Part shown: positions 31,121 through 41,612 of the stretch, piece by piece
Numbering within the stretch: position 1 is the stretch's first letter
Layout: each line of letters starts with the position of its first letter
Assembly: GCA_963733035.1 (NCBI GenBank)
Contig: CAVTBU010000006.1
Coordinates: 576,001 to 640,000, forward strand
Reading direction: 5' to 3'
From: Pirellulales bacterium
GTDB taxonomy: Bacteria; Planctomycetota; Planctomycetia; Pirellulales; PALSA-1355
Length of the DNA: 64,000 nucleotides
Program-made: the position numbers and the translations under genes
The notes under the pieces: model-generated
Told to the model about the DNA's origin: nothing
Databases searched by the model: none
The model's input: only the letters and a program-made list of their open reading frames with translations

Positions 31121-32017
31121 CTAGCGGTTCGACATGGCGGCGCCGACTAGCCCAATCACCGCCAGCGCGAGCAGCAGAAAATTGAACAGGCCGAACAGGC
31201 TGCCGCAGATGATTCCCGTCCAGGCATGAGCACCGCCGCGAACGGTCGGATCCTGTCGCACGCGGCGCAGTCCTTTGATTCCAAAGTAGATCGCCGTGAC
31301 GCCGAGTGGAAAACCCAGGAGCGGGAACAGCGCGAAAATGCCAAGGTAGTACGCGGCCAGCGCCGAGCCATTCTTGCTGGGGACGAATGTCTCGATGATT
31401 GAGTCGCCAGGGCCCGATTGATCTGGCCAAGTCGCGGTTAGTTCCGCTGTTGGTGAATGGTACGGGTTCGAATGATCGTTTCTTGTGGGTGCCATCGCGG
31501 GGTCCTGGTTGTCGACTTGAAGCGCCACTTCCGAGCCGAACGCAGCCACCACGCGCGGGCGGGTCATGAAGAACCACAAGAGCACTGGATGAATCAATCC
31601 AACGCAGCCGCCAATGCCCCCGCCGATTGCCCCTGCTAGCATTGCCATCTCTTCCGCCCCATTTTTTCCCGCAAGTTCGTCGAGCATGGGTGTCAAGACA
31701 AACATCCATTGCAAGATGAAGCTCACGACCGTCATGACCACGGCATACATCGCGTAGCCGATTGCCAAAACGCGTCCCCATGGCCGCATTCTCAGAAGCC
31801 CGATTCCCGACAGACCCAGTAACACGCTGCTGATAAGACCAGCAAACACGGCAAAACGAGTCCAGATTTCGTAGACAGGGCTTACAACAAAAGGTTGCGG
31901 CCGAGCAAAGACTCCTGAGAAAATGATGACAGCGGTGAACGCTACACCGAGCACTCCCAGGCCACCGAACACGAGGTTCAAGACTCCAAACACAGTAACC
32001 GAAGTTGGGCGTGGCAC
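31121..32017 (-). CDS. Membrane protein with a C-terminal DUF4190-like domain
   Basis: Four N-terminal TM helices, NPY linker, ALAAYYLGIF...GGAHAWTGII. Confidence 0.7.
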   Translation of the reverse strand: MPRPTSVTVFGVLNLVFGGLGVLGVAFTAVIIFSGVFARPQPFVVSPVYEIWTRFAVFAGLISSVLLGLSGIGLLRMRPWGRVLAIGYAMYAVVMTVVSFILQWMFVLTPMLDELAGKNGAEEMAMLAGAIGGGIGGCVGLIHPVLLWFFMTRPRVVAAFGSEVALQVDNQDPAMAPTRNDHSNPYHSPTAELTATWPDQSGPGDSIIETFVPSKNGSALAAYYLGIFALFPLLGFPLGVTAIYFGIKGLRRVRQDPTVRGGAHAWTGIICGSLFGLFNFLLLALAVIGLVGAAMSNR

Positions 32018-32305
32018 GATGGACTCTCGAGATCATGTGTAGGAACGAGAAGTTGTCAGGGGGTTACGACCCCGCCGCAGTGTAATGGGTGTGGTTTTCA
32101 GCAACAATTCGGATGGTTGTCGACTTCAGAGTGCGCCGCTATCGAGTTTCGACCCGTCGACCGAGCCGCTATAATCACGTCCTCTTGGGTGCACACCTTT
32201 GAACGTCCGGCATAGGCCAGCGAACGGCCGCAGCCTGATTCCTGCCGCGAAATTGGGCAGACTTAGCCGTCGAATTGAACAATCGAGGTATTTTCGCAGG
32301 CCGCC

Positions 32306-33187
32306 ATGAATCTCTCCCGCTTCTACGAATCCGGCAAGTTTGGCCTGTCATTTGAGCTGTTCCCGCCCAAGACGGAGGCTGGGGACAACGAGCTGTTCGA
32401 CCATGTCGGAAGGTTGGTGGAATACCGACCCGACTTCATCACTTGCACCTATGGAGCGGGCGGGTCGACGCGTGCCAAAACGCTCGAAATCGTCGATCAG
32501 GTTCAGCGCCGCTTTGGCTGTGAGGTGGCCGCGCATCTGACGTGCGTCGGTTCAACGGTCGATGAATTACGCAGTTTTCTTCGCGAGGCGGCCGAGCGAT
32601 CCATCGGCAACATTGTAGCGCTGCGCGGTGATCCACCGCACGGCGAGACAACATTTAAGGCCGTTGCGCGAGGGCTTTCGTACGCCAACGAACTGGTCGC
32701 ACTTGTTCGCAGTGAATTTCCCGATTTTGGCGTCGCGGTGGCCGGATACCCGGAAACGCACCGGGAGGCACCGAGCCCGCAGATTGACTTGGAGAATCTC
32801 AAGCGCAAAGTCGACGCCGGTGCGGACGTCGTGATCACGCAGTTGTTCTACAACAACGCCGATTTCTTCCACTTTCGCGAACGTTGCGAGCGAGCCGGGA
32901 TTCGTGTTCCTATCGTTCCGGGCATCTTGCCCGTCACGAACCTGACTCAGATTCGGCGTATTGCGTCGCTTTGCGGAGCAGTCCTACCAGAGGACTTTCA
33001 GCGGGCTCTTGAAGCGCAGTCTGAGAGCGCCGAAGGGCAATTTGCCGTCGGGGTCGATTTCGCCACCGAGCAGACGCGCGCACTAGTCGAAGCCGGCGTA
33101 CCAGGTTTGCACTTCTACGTGCTGAACAAATCGCCCGCAACTTGCGGTGTGCTGGGAGCGATTTGTCCGCCTCGGGCGCGTGGCTAA
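32306..33187 (+). CDS. metF: 5,10-methylenetetrahydrofolate reductase
   Basis: SFELFPPKT, TYGAGGSTR, AHLTC, ALRGDPP, AGYPETH, ITQLFY, GLHFYVLN. Confidence 0.96.
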   Translation: MNLSRFYESGKFGLSFELFPPKTEAGDNELFDHVGRLVEYRPDFITCTYGAGGSTRAKTLEIVDQVQRRFGCEVAAHLTCVGSTVDELRSFLREAAERSIGNIVALRGDPPHGETTFKAVARGLSYANELVALVRSEFPDFGVAVAGYPETHREAPSPQIDLENLKRKVDAGADVVITQLFYNNADFFHFRERCERAGIRVPIVPGILPVTNLTQIRRIASLCGAVLPEDFQRALEAQSESAEGQFAVGVDFATEQTRALVEAGVPGLHFYVLNKSPATCGVLGAICPPRARG

Positions 33188-33637
33188 TTCGAACCGCTGG
33201 CCATTGTTTGGCACGCCTCTTGCAGGGAGTGTTCCAGTGCCGCGGGTGGCCACCAAGTTACAGTTGGTTCCTTGGGTTGTGGTTGACGATTGGAATCGAC
33301 TTTGACGGCTACGGTTCCGCCTTCGGCAAACGTCGTGTTGGCTGCCACAGGAACCGACTTGATTCGTAAACCGGAACGTTGGCTCGTGCAGTGAGAGTTT
33401 CTCAACTACTGCCGGGTCGACGCTCGATAGAGAGAACAGGGCACTTGCGCACCAGGAGAGCGACGGCTGGCATTGACCAGTTTTTGGCTTTCGGATATCG
33501 GTTAGTGCCTGAGGCGGTGTTGAGTCACGGAAGACGTCGATAAGACTACGACCGCGCCCCTTTGAATTTACCTCTCGAGAAGGTCGTCGAAACGGTCCTG
33601 AGCCGGCCGCTTATCGACCATTCACAAGGAGGTAGTG

Positions 33638-35071
33638 ATGCCCACGCCAAGTCATTTGGCCACCGGCGCCCTCATCCGGTGGAACTCCGCCGCTTGTTTC
33701 GTTGTTGGCGGTCTGGCAACAATCTGGATCGTTGCCGCCGCCTGGGCACTGCGGACTTTTGTCGCGGTCAAATCACACGGCCCCCTGCTGGCGCCGGCTG
33801 CCCTTGTACTCCTCGTGTGTGGGCTGTTGCAGGCGTGGATGCTGTTGCAGTCTATTCAGCGGAACCAACGCGGGCGAAACAACGTTTTCGTTGGGCACGT
33901 CGCCTATTGGCGTCGTCTGGTACTCGGAACGGCGCTGGCCTACTTGGCGGCACTGGCAGTTGGACCGTTGCGGTCTATCGGCTGGGCCTGGTTGGCAGGG
34001 ATTGCTGTCTGGCAAACGATGCTGTTGTTGCCCCTTGCCGCATCACCCCAGGTGACAGAACACTGGCGCCGTTGGACCGAGAAGCGAACGCCACGCTACC
34101 TCTCGTGGCTTGTGTATGCGGCGATGCTTCTGTTGTTCGCGAGCGAAGGAGCCTTGAGGGTCCATCGCCTCATGACCGAAACCGTACTGTTTCCACTTGC
34201 CTCCGCCGAGATGACGCATACCGGCGCGATGCCGGACGCTGCTCTGGCGAAAGATTCTGTCGTTCCACTGGAACGGCTGAAGTCTGGGCGATTTCGAGTC
34301 GCACTTGTCGGTCCGAGCGACGTTCCAGCGGAACAAAGTCTATCGGTCCGGGTGCAACAGAACTTACCTGGTGCGGAGATCGTCACGCTTCCCATTGCCT
34401 TGAACGACTCGAAGCTACGGGTGAGCGACGTGACCGTTGCGGTGGACGCGTCGGGCGCTGACCTGGTGCTGGTGGTGCTCCCGGTTTGCGAAGACTTATC
34501 CCGGGAGCGCGCAGCGACGAACGTGTTTGATTGGCGGCATTTGGAATTGGCCGCCCTGATCGCTGCGGACGCGCCCCTCGAACGTCGAGACGCTCCGATC
34601 GGGAGTAAGGATTTCGAAACGTTTTTGGGACAGGTCGGACCTCAACTCGCTGCTTGTCGCACGCCGCTGAGCGACGTGATGCACGCGCGTTGGCAGCGCA
34701 CCTATGCCACGCTTGACCGCACCATGGCCGGCTGCCGTCAAGCGGACGTGCCCCTGGCCCTAGTCGTCGTGCCGGGCGAGTTCCAACTCAACTCCGGCCT
34801 GCGTGATACGCTGCTACGGAGGAGTGGAGTATCGCCCGATCAATTCGACCCAGATTTGCCGCAACGGCGACTGGCCGGATTTGCCCAGCAGCGAGGATTG
34901 CCGCTGGTCGATTTGCTTCCGCATTTGCGGATTTGCCGCGAAGCCGTTTACCAGCGTCATGCCACGAGTCTCAACGATCGGGGCAATCAAGCTGCGGCTT
35001 CGGCCATTGGAGGTTGGTTGACAAGTCGCTTTGGCGACCGCTTGGCGGCCCAATTGAGCAAGGCTCCGTAA
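33638..35071 (+). CDS. Membrane protein with a degenerate SGNH/AlgX-like C-terminal domain
   Basis: Several N-terminal TM helices; SEGALR, RVALVGPS, LVVVPGEFQ, DLLPHL, LNDRGNQAAA resemble SGNH blocks. Confidence 0.6.
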   Translation: MPTPSHLATGALIRWNSAACFVVGGLATIWIVAAAWALRTFVAVKSHGPLLAPAALVLLVCGLLQAWMLLQSIQRNQRGRNNVFVGHVAYWRRLVLGTALAYLAALAVGPLRSIGWAWLAGIAVWQTMLLLPLAASPQVTEHWRRWTEKRTPRYLSWLVYAAMLLLFASEGALRVHRLMTETVLFPLASAEMTHTGAMPDAALAKDSVVPLERLKSGRFRVALVGPSDVPAEQSLSVRVQQNLPGAEIVTLPIALNDSKLRVSDVTVAVDASGADLVLVVLPVCEDLSRERAATNVFDWRHLELAALIAADAPLERRDAPIGSKDFETFLGQVGPQLAACRTPLSDVMHARWQRTYATLDRTMAGCRQADVPLALVVVPGEFQLNSGLRDTLLRRSGVSPDQFDPDLPQRRLAGFAQQRGLPLVDLLPHLRICREAVYQRHATSLNDRGNQAAASAIGGWLTSRFGDRLAAQLSKAP

Positions 35072-35100
35072 CCCTTGCGCCAAAGTCCAATGACAGAAAC

Positions 35101-35134
35101 AAAAAAGCAGGGAGAGGCGTTCACCTCCCCCTGC
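35101..35134 (-). terminator. Intrinsic terminator downstream of the sigma factor gene
   Basis: GCAGGGAGAGG-cgttca-CCTCCCCCTGC hairpin next to A6, which is a U tract on the minus strand. Confidence 0.7.
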
Positions 35135-35157
35135 CGGCCTCTTCATCCGTTCCGGGA

Positions 35158-36834
35158 TCAGGCCTCTTGAACGATTTCGACTTGCGGCAATTCCGCCTTT
35201 TCGAGGAAGCCGACTAGACCGCGGCATCGGTAGGGCTGCTGCAGTTTACGAACGGCCTTGGCCTCGATTTGGCGGACGCGTTCACGGGTGACAGAGAAGA
35301 TGCGGCCGACTTCTTCCAGAGTGTAGGCATAGCCGTCGGTCAGGCCGTACCGCATTCGCAGGATTTCCCGCTCGCGGTGATTCAGACTCTGCATCACGTC
35401 GGCCAGCCGGTCCTTGAGCAACTCTTGATTAAAGTCGTACAGCGGATCGTCTTCACGGTGGTCCTCGAGGAATTCGCCGAAATAGCTATCGTCGTGATCT
35501 CCGACGGGCTGATCGAGCGACAGCGGCTGGCGCGACATCTTGAGGATGCAACGTGTGTCTTCGAGCGACAGTCCCGCGGCAGCGGCCGTCTGCTCGACAG
35601 TTGGTTCGCAGCCATTCTGCTGCACCAGCTCCCGCGTTACGGTGCGAACACGAGTCATCGCGTCGATCATGTGCACTGGTACGCGAATCGTGCGACTTTG
35701 ATCGGCGATCGCCCGTGTAATCGCTTGGCGAATCCACCAGGTTGCATAAGTCGAGAACTTGTAGCCGCGGGCACATTCGAATTTGTCGACGGCCCGCATC
35801 AGGCCCGTGTTCCCTTCCTGAATCAAATCAAGAAAGCTGAGTCCCCGATTGCGATATCGCTTGGCGATCGAGACCACCAAACGCAAGTTACCCGCTGAGA
35901 GAACCCGCTTCGCTGCATCATATTCCTTTTGCAAGTTCGCCGTGCGATCGACTCTCCGGATAAGAGTCGCCGGGCTCTCGGCCGTTACTCGCATCAAGTA
36001 ACGCAGTTCGCGATGGAGTTCGTCCTGGCCCGCCGGGTACGCATGTTCGTGGAGTTCCGACATTTGCTCGCGGATCGCCCGCATGCGGCTGGCGATTTCC
36101 CCCAGTTTATCGAGCAGGGGCTGCAAACGTTGCGTTCGCAAATTCAATTCTTCGACGAGTCGCACGGCGCGATGACGGCGACGTACGAGTCGGCGCCAAG
36201 CTTGGCGCCGTTGACCAATCGGATTCTTCTTGTGAATCACGAAGTGGAAGTCGCGCTGGTTTTCATTTAACAGTTTGGCCAGTGTGGCCAGGTTCGGGCC
36301 GAGGCGCTTAAGAATACGTTTCTTCTCTTGCGTGTTGGTCACGGAAACCTCGATCGTGCGATCGAGACGCAATGAGCCGTCGCGAACCTTTTCGAGAAGT
36401 TGGACGGCACCTTGCAGGATGAAGTCGCTCGCCAGCATGTTATGCCGGAATAGGGTCCGAGTCCTTTCGATGGCTAGGGCCGAAGCGAGCTCTTCGGCAC
36501 GGCTGAGCAACGGAATCTCACCCATTTGCATGAGGTACATCCGCACGGGATCGTCGATCACGCTGGATCCGGTGGATAAGTCATCAAGGTGGTCCTCGTG
36601 CTCGCTCGTCTGTTCGGCGGCTTCCAAGTCTTCGTTCTCATCATCCTCGAACGCATCCGCGTTGCGTGCCGAGGTGTCCTCGATTTCTTCGTTGACTTCC
36701 CGTTTGCCGGCCGGCGGCCGTTTTTTGGCTTTTCGCGTGTGGGAATCCGACTCGTCAACTGTCAGCGAACGAACGTTCGAGATGGGCTGCGAGGTGTTCT
36801 TACGAGTCGCTGGCTTGCGGGCTTTCTTGGCCAA
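35158..36834 (-). CDS. RNA polymerase sigma-70 factor, RpoD/SigA family
   Basis: [12 protein letters not shown] (region 1.2), [65 protein letters not shown] start after GAGGAG. Confidence 0.93.
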   Translation of the reverse strand: MAKKARKPATRKNTSQPISNVRSLTVDESDSHTRKAKKRPPAGKREVNEEIEDTSARNADAFEDDENEDLEAAEQTSEHEDHLDDLSTGSSVIDDPVRMYLMQMGEIPLLSRAEELASALAIERTRTLFRHNMLASDFILQGAVQLLEKVRDGSLRLDRTIEVSVTNTQEKKRILKRLGPNLATLAKLLNENQRDFHFVIHKKNPIGQRRQAWRRLVRRRHRAVRLVEELNLRTQRLQPLLDKLGEIASRMRAIREQMSELHEHAYPAGQDELHRELRYLMRVTAESPATLIRRVDRTANLQKEYDAAKRVLSAGNLRLVVSIAKRYRNRGLSFLDLIQEGNTGLMRAVDKFECARGYKFSTYATWWIRQAITRAIADQSRTIRVPVHMIDAMTRVRTVTRELVQQNGCEPTVEQTAAAAGLSLEDTRCILKMSRQPLSLDQPVGDHDDSYFGEFLEDHREDDPLYDFNQELLKDRLADVMQSLNHREREILRMRYGLTDGYAYTLEEVGRIFSVTRERVRQIEAKAVRKLQQPYRCRGLVGFLEKAELPQVEIVQEA

Positions 36835-37310
36835 AACGGGACTCCTCGGTGTCGAACAGGGTTCAGGGATGGGTTCAGCTTCGGCAGGCGGAAAAAGCAG
36901 ATTGGATGCCAACGGACCGCGGACGACTGCGCACATCGATGCAAGTCCTTTTTGTGAAGAGGCTTAAGTCGTGCCAGTGCGAGGCGTGTGGGCCCGGTAC
37001 GACCGCGATGCATGTTGTCTTGTGGCAACGACTGCTGACCCGAGATGTGGTGTTTTGGCAGCAGTTTTCCTCTTGCTCCGGGCGTTGACGTGCGGCTAAT
37101 CGCCACCATTAACTACGCGTCACAAGTAGTTTCGTGCGATTGCGTGTGGACTATTGCCCAGCGATCGACCGGATGTTGCTTTTTTACCCCCCTCCTACAT
37201 GGACCTGGGTCAGGATACATTTTGGGTTTCCTCGCCGCCTCATCCATGATCCGCGGGCTCTTCCGGCATTGGCCGAGTTTTGGCTTGCATCCCTCTGGGA
37301 AATTTCCTTG

Positions 37311-38936
37311 ATGACCATCGATCACACCGCCACTTTGGGCCAACTCGTTCGCCAGTTTGACGAGCAACAACAACAGCTTGCATTGGGGGGCGGAGTCAAA
37401 GCCATCGAACGGCAACGTGCGAAAAAAAGGCTATTCGTCCGCGACCGGATCAAGCTCCTACTCGACCCCGGCACGCCCTGGCTGGAGATTGCGCTGTGGG
37501 CCGGATGGGAAATGTACTCCGAATGGGGTGGTGCCCCCGGAGCGGGCGTAGTGTGCGGCATTGGTACTGTCGAAGGCCGCAAGCACATGGTCATTGCAAA
37601 CGATGCCACCGTGAAAGCCGGCGCGTTTTTTCCGGCAACAACCAAAAAAGTCTTGCGCACTCAACGTATCGCTATGCAGAACCGCTTGCCGCTGGTTTAT
37701 CTTGTCGACTCGGCCGGCGTCTTTCTGCCGCTCCAGGAAGACGTATTTCCCGATGAAGACGATTTCGGCCGTATCTTTCGCAACAATGCCGTTATCTCTG
37801 CGGCGGGCATCAGTCAGATCGCCGCGATCATGGGTAATTGTGTCGCTGGTGGCGGCTATTTGCCGGTCCTCTGTGACAAGCTGCTCATGACGAACGGTTC
37901 CGGCTTGTATTTGGCTGGGCCCGCGCTGGTGAAGAGTGCCATCGGCCAAACCGTTTCGAGCGAGGAACTTGGCGGTGCCGAGATGCACGCCCAGATCAGC
38001 GGGACCATCGACTACCGCGATGCGTCCGACGAGGATTGCCTGACCCGGCTACGCCGACTGGTTGGGCAATCGCGTCCCGATCCGGTTGAACCTCCGGAGC
38101 CATTTACCCGCGGGCAGGCCACACCGCCGGCACGCCCGGGCACCGACATCTACGACATCGTCAGTCCCAACACACGCGACGAATACGAAATGCGCGACGT
38201 ACTCGACTGCCTGATCGATGCCGGCAGCTTCGACGAATACAAGGCCGAATACGGGCAGACGCTGGTCTGCGGCACGGCTCGCATCGGTGGTTTTCCTGTG
38301 GGAATCGTGGCGAATCAGCATCACCGAGTGCGGCCGGCCGACGGGCCCATTCAATTTGGCGGCGTGCTGTATGTCGATAGCGCCGACAAGGCAGCTCGCT
38401 TTATCATGAATTGCAACCAGGATTGGCTACCGATCCTGTTCTTGCAGGACGTCAACGGTTTCATGGTCGGCCGCGATAGCGAACGCGAGGGAATCATCAA
38501 GGCTGGCGCCAAGCTGGTCAACGCGATCAGTAATAGCCGCGTGCCGAAACTTACAGTGTTGATTGGCGGCTCGTACGGGGCCGGCAACTATGCACTCTGT
38601 GGCAAGGCGTTTGATCCACGGTTCATTTTTGCCTGGCCAACGGCTCGCTGCGCCGTGATGGGGGGCGAACAGGCCACTAGCACGCTTCTGGATGTGACGG
38701 TCAAGAGCCTGGAAAGGCAAGGACATGCCGTCGATGCTCAGGAACTGGCGGAGCTGCGCGACAAAGTGAAAGGGAACTACGATCGGGCCACCGACATTCG
38801 CCATGCCGCCGCTCGGGGCTGGGTCGACGCGATCTTGGATCCGGCCAAAACCCGTGACACGCTCATTTTGTCGCTGGAAATAGCAACCCGACATGCCGAA
38901 AATGAACCGTTCAAGGTGGGTGTGTTTCAGGTCTGA
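37311..38936 (+). CDS. Acyl-CoA carboxylase carboxyltransferase (MccB-like beta subunit)
   Basis: ANDATVKAGA, VDSAGVFLP, GNCVAGGGY, EELGGAEMH, GSYGAGNY, VMGGEQA. Confidence 0.92.
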   Translation: MTIDHTATLGQLVRQFDEQQQQLALGGGVKAIERQRAKKRLFVRDRIKLLLDPGTPWLEIALWAGWEMYSEWGGAPGAGVVCGIGTVEGRKHMVIANDATVKAGAFFPATTKKVLRTQRIAMQNRLPLVYLVDSAGVFLPLQEDVFPDEDDFGRIFRNNAVISAAGISQIAAIMGNCVAGGGYLPVLCDKLLMTNGSGLYLAGPALVKSAIGQTVSSEELGGAEMHAQISGTIDYRDASDEDCLTRLRRLVGQSRPDPVEPPEPFTRGQATPPARPGTDIYDIVSPNTRDEYEMRDVLDCLIDAGSFDEYKAEYGQTLVCGTARIGGFPVGIVANQHHRVRPADGPIQFGGVLYVDSADKAARFIMNCNQDWLPILFLQDVNGFMVGRDSEREGIIKAGAKLVNAISNSRVPKLTVLIGGSYGAGNYALCGKAFDPRFIFAWPTARCAVMGGEQATSTLLDVTVKSLERQGHAVDAQELAELRDKVKGNYDRATDIRHAAARGWVDAILDPAKTRDTLILSLEIATRHAENEPFKVGVFQV

Positions 38937-38980
38937 CATTTTGCGGCCAAACAACGTCAAAAAGGGCAGGGGGCGGACTG

Positions 38981-40348
38981 GTGGCGATTCGGATCGGCAA
39001 CGCGGCCGGATTTTTAGGGGACAACCTTGACGCACCGCGGCTGTTGGCCGAGGCCGGCGAACTTGACTACCTGACGCTCGAATACCTCGCCGAACTGACG
39101 CTTTCGATCCTTGCCCGGGTCCGCGAAAAGAACCCCCAAGCAGGTTATGCGGGTGATTTCCTCGACGTGCTGCGCAGTCTGCTTCCCACGCTCAAAGCGC
39201 AGCCGAAATTCAAGCTCGTGACGAATGCCGGCGGGATGAATCCCGCGGACTGTGCCCGTGCGGCGAGCAAGATCCTGGCCGAGGCTGGGCTCGGCGAGCT
39301 GCCAGTTGGCATCGTTTATGGCGATGACCTATTGGCTCAGCTTCCACATCTACAGATCGCCGGTTGCAAGCTTGAGAATCTGGAGACCGGTGAGCCACTC
39401 GACACCGAAAAGTTGTCGCTCGTTTCAGCCAATGCCTACCTGGGGGCGAAACCCATCGTCGAAGCGCTCGGTGACGGTGCGCGAATCGTCATTACCGGAC
39501 GCGTGGCCGACGCATCGCTGACCCTGGGACCGGCCGTACACGAATTCGGCTGGGATTGGCAGGATTGGAATCGCCTGGCCGCCGCCAGCATCGCGGGCCA
39601 CATTATCGAGTGCGGGGCACAGGCTACCGGCGGCCTCTATCGACATTGGGAAGAATTCGATCTCGCCCACGTCGGCTATCCAATCGCCGAGCTCGAGGCT
39701 GACGGCCAACTAACGATTACCAAGCCGCCCGGCACCGGCGGCCGAGTCACGCGCGAAACAGTGATCGAACAATTGCTTTACGAGATCGGCGATCCAAACC
39801 ACTATTTGACACCTGACGTCGACGCGGATTTCACGTCGCTGGAGGTTATCAATTCCGCGGCAGACCGCGTTGCGGTGGAAAACGCCACCGGCCGTCCCGC
39901 GCCGCCGGCCTACAAGGTTTCGGCGGCGTACCGCAACGGTTTTTCCGCCAGCGGCCAATTACTCGTTTGCGGGCGCGATGCGAAGAGTAAGGCCCGGGCC
40001 TGCGGCGAGATGATTCTAGCACGGCTCCGCACGGCGGGCTTCGAATATGACGAGTCACTTGTCGAGTGCTTAGGCGCGGGTATTTCGGCACCGGGTTTCG
40101 CACCGACCGGAGAGGTCCGTGAGGTAGTGCTGCGCGTGAGCGTGCGAGACGGCCGGCGTGACGCGGTCGAGAGGTTCACCAAGGAAATTGCTCCGCTGAT
40201 CACCAGTGGGCCTCCTGGGTTGGCAGGCTACGCCAGTGGGAGAAGTCCGGTCCGTCCGGTATTTGCCTACTGGCCGACGCTGGTGCCCAAGGAACTCGTG
40301 AATGCACGCGTCGAAGTGCGGGCGGCCAGCGCGTGGGACAAGAATTGA
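38981..40348 (+). CDS. Acyclic terpene utilization AtuA family protein
   Basis: IRIGNAAGFLGD, YLAELT, TNAGG.NP, ANAYLG, TGRVAD, GHIIECG.QATGG, EQLLYEI. Confidence 0.9.
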   Translation: MAIRIGNAAGFLGDNLDAPRLLAEAGELDYLTLEYLAELTLSILARVREKNPQAGYAGDFLDVLRSLLPTLKAQPKFKLVTNAGGMNPADCARAASKILAEAGLGELPVGIVYGDDLLAQLPHLQIAGCKLENLETGEPLDTEKLSLVSANAYLGAKPIVEALGDGARIVITGRVADASLTLGPAVHEFGWDWQDWNRLAAASIAGHIIECGAQATGGLYRHWEEFDLAHVGYPIAELEADGQLTITKPPGTGGRVTRETVIEQLLYEIGDPNHYLTPDVDADFTSLEVINSAADRVAVENATGRPAPPAYKVSAAYRNGFSASGQLLVCGRDAKSKARACGEMILARLRTAGFEYDESLVECLGAGISAPGFAPTGEVREVVLRVSVRDGRRDAVERFTKEIAPLITSGPPGLAGYASGRSPVRPVFAYWPTLVPKELVNARVEVRAASAWDKN

Positions 40349-40419
40349 ACGACGACACGCAGACTACAAAACAGTCAATTAGCAGCCTATCGTTTCTAAA
40401 CGGGGTTGGAACAAATAAG

Positions 40420-40776
40420 ATGATCGACCAAACCTTCAGACTTGGCGAAATCGCGCATGCTCGCAGCGGTGACAAGGGAAACCATGCTAACGTGGGAGTC
40501 ATCGCCTATACGTGGGCCGGGTTCGACTACCTCCGCCACGTCCTCACGAGCCAATTAGTCGCCGAGTATTTCGTGTCGTTGGGAGCGACCGAAGTGGTGC
40601 GTTTCGAACTCCCCCGGCTCTCGGCATTTAACTTCATGCTGTACAATGCATTGGCGGGCGGGGCCAGCCAGTCGCTGCGCATCGATACCCAGGGCAAGCT
40701 CCTAGGCACGTCGATTCTAGAACTTCAGATTCCGCGTCCCGATAGCCTGGACATCATGCTACGCCCGGCGGAATAA
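40420..40776 (+). CDS. AtuA-related small protein (stand-alone C-terminal domain)
   Basis: AHARSGDKGNHANVGV, ALAGGASQSLRIDTQGK. Confidence 0.85.
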   Translation: MIDQTFRLGEIAHARSGDKGNHANVGVIAYTWAGFDYLRHVLTSQLVAEYFVSLGATEVVRFELPRLSAFNFMLYNALAGGASQSLRIDTQGKLLGTSILELQIPRPDSLDIMLRPAE

Positions 40777-40805
40777 GGACTCTCTCGTTGTATCTTGCTA
40801 GTTCT

Positions 40806-41588
40806 ATGCAGCCCATCGTCAAAATCCAAGTTCACGACCATACCGGGACGGTAACGCTTAATCGGCCCGACAAACGCAACGCCCTTTCACGCGAATTGCT
40901 GCGCGACTTGCATCAGGCACTCGACGATCTGCATCAGGAGCGCAAGGTTCGCGGCGTCATTCTTACCGGTTCTGGGACCGCCTTTTCGGCCGGCATGGAC
41001 CTTGAGGAAATGCGATCGGCCGCCGAGCAGGAAGATCGCCACGAGCAATGGCGCGCGGATACGGTGCTCTACCACGACTTGGTCGAAGCCATGTTGCGCT
41101 TCCCGAAGCCGTTGATCGCCGCGGTGAACGGCCCGGCCGTTGCCGGCGGCGCCGGATTGGTCATGGCTTGCGATCTGGTTGTCGCCGGTCGTGCGGCCAC
41201 CTTTGGATTCCCCGAACCGCGTCGCGGGATTGTAGCGGGGTTGGTCGCGCCGCTGTTGGCGTTTCGGCTGGGAGCCGCCAGGGCGGCGTACTTGCTGATG
41301 ACGGCGCAGGTATTCACTGCCGAACGAATGCACGAATTCGGCCTCTACCACGAGCTAGCAGATGACGACAAGGTATGGGCTCGGTCTCGCGAGTTGATTG
41401 CGGAGGTGGCCAAGAGCGCGCCCGAGGCGATTCAGATGACTAAGAGAATGCTTAATGAAACGATTGGCGAGACCCTGTTTTCACAGCTCGTGGCCGGCGC
41501 CGCAACCAGCGCCGCATCACGGACGACCGAAGCGGCAGCCGAGGGGCTGGCTGCATTTCTCGATAAGCGCGACCCGCAGTGGTGGTAA
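40806..41588 (+). CDS. Enoyl-CoA hydratase/isomerase (crotonase; LiuC-like)
   Basis: LNRPDKRNALS, FSAGMDL, AAVNGPAVAGG, FGFPEPRRG. Confidence 0.9.
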   Translation: MQPIVKIQVHDHTGTVTLNRPDKRNALSRELLRDLHQALDDLHQERKVRGVILTGSGTAFSAGMDLEEMRSAAEQEDRHEQWRADTVLYHDLVEAMLRFPKPLIAAVNGPAVAGGAGLVMACDLVVAGRAATFGFPEPRRGIVAGLVAPLLAFRLGAARAAYLLMTAQVFTAERMHEFGLYHELADDDKVWARSRELIAEVAKSAPEAIQMTKRMLNETIGETLFSQLVAGAATSAASRTTEAAAEGLAAFLDKRDPQWW

Positions 41589-41612
41589 ACAACGCTAGCG
41601 AGTGCGGCGCGA

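Noticed and set aside
33184..33405. 73-aa minus-strand ORF after metF
   Set aside because: TTG start, no clear RBS and no recognisable motif; cannot be supported.
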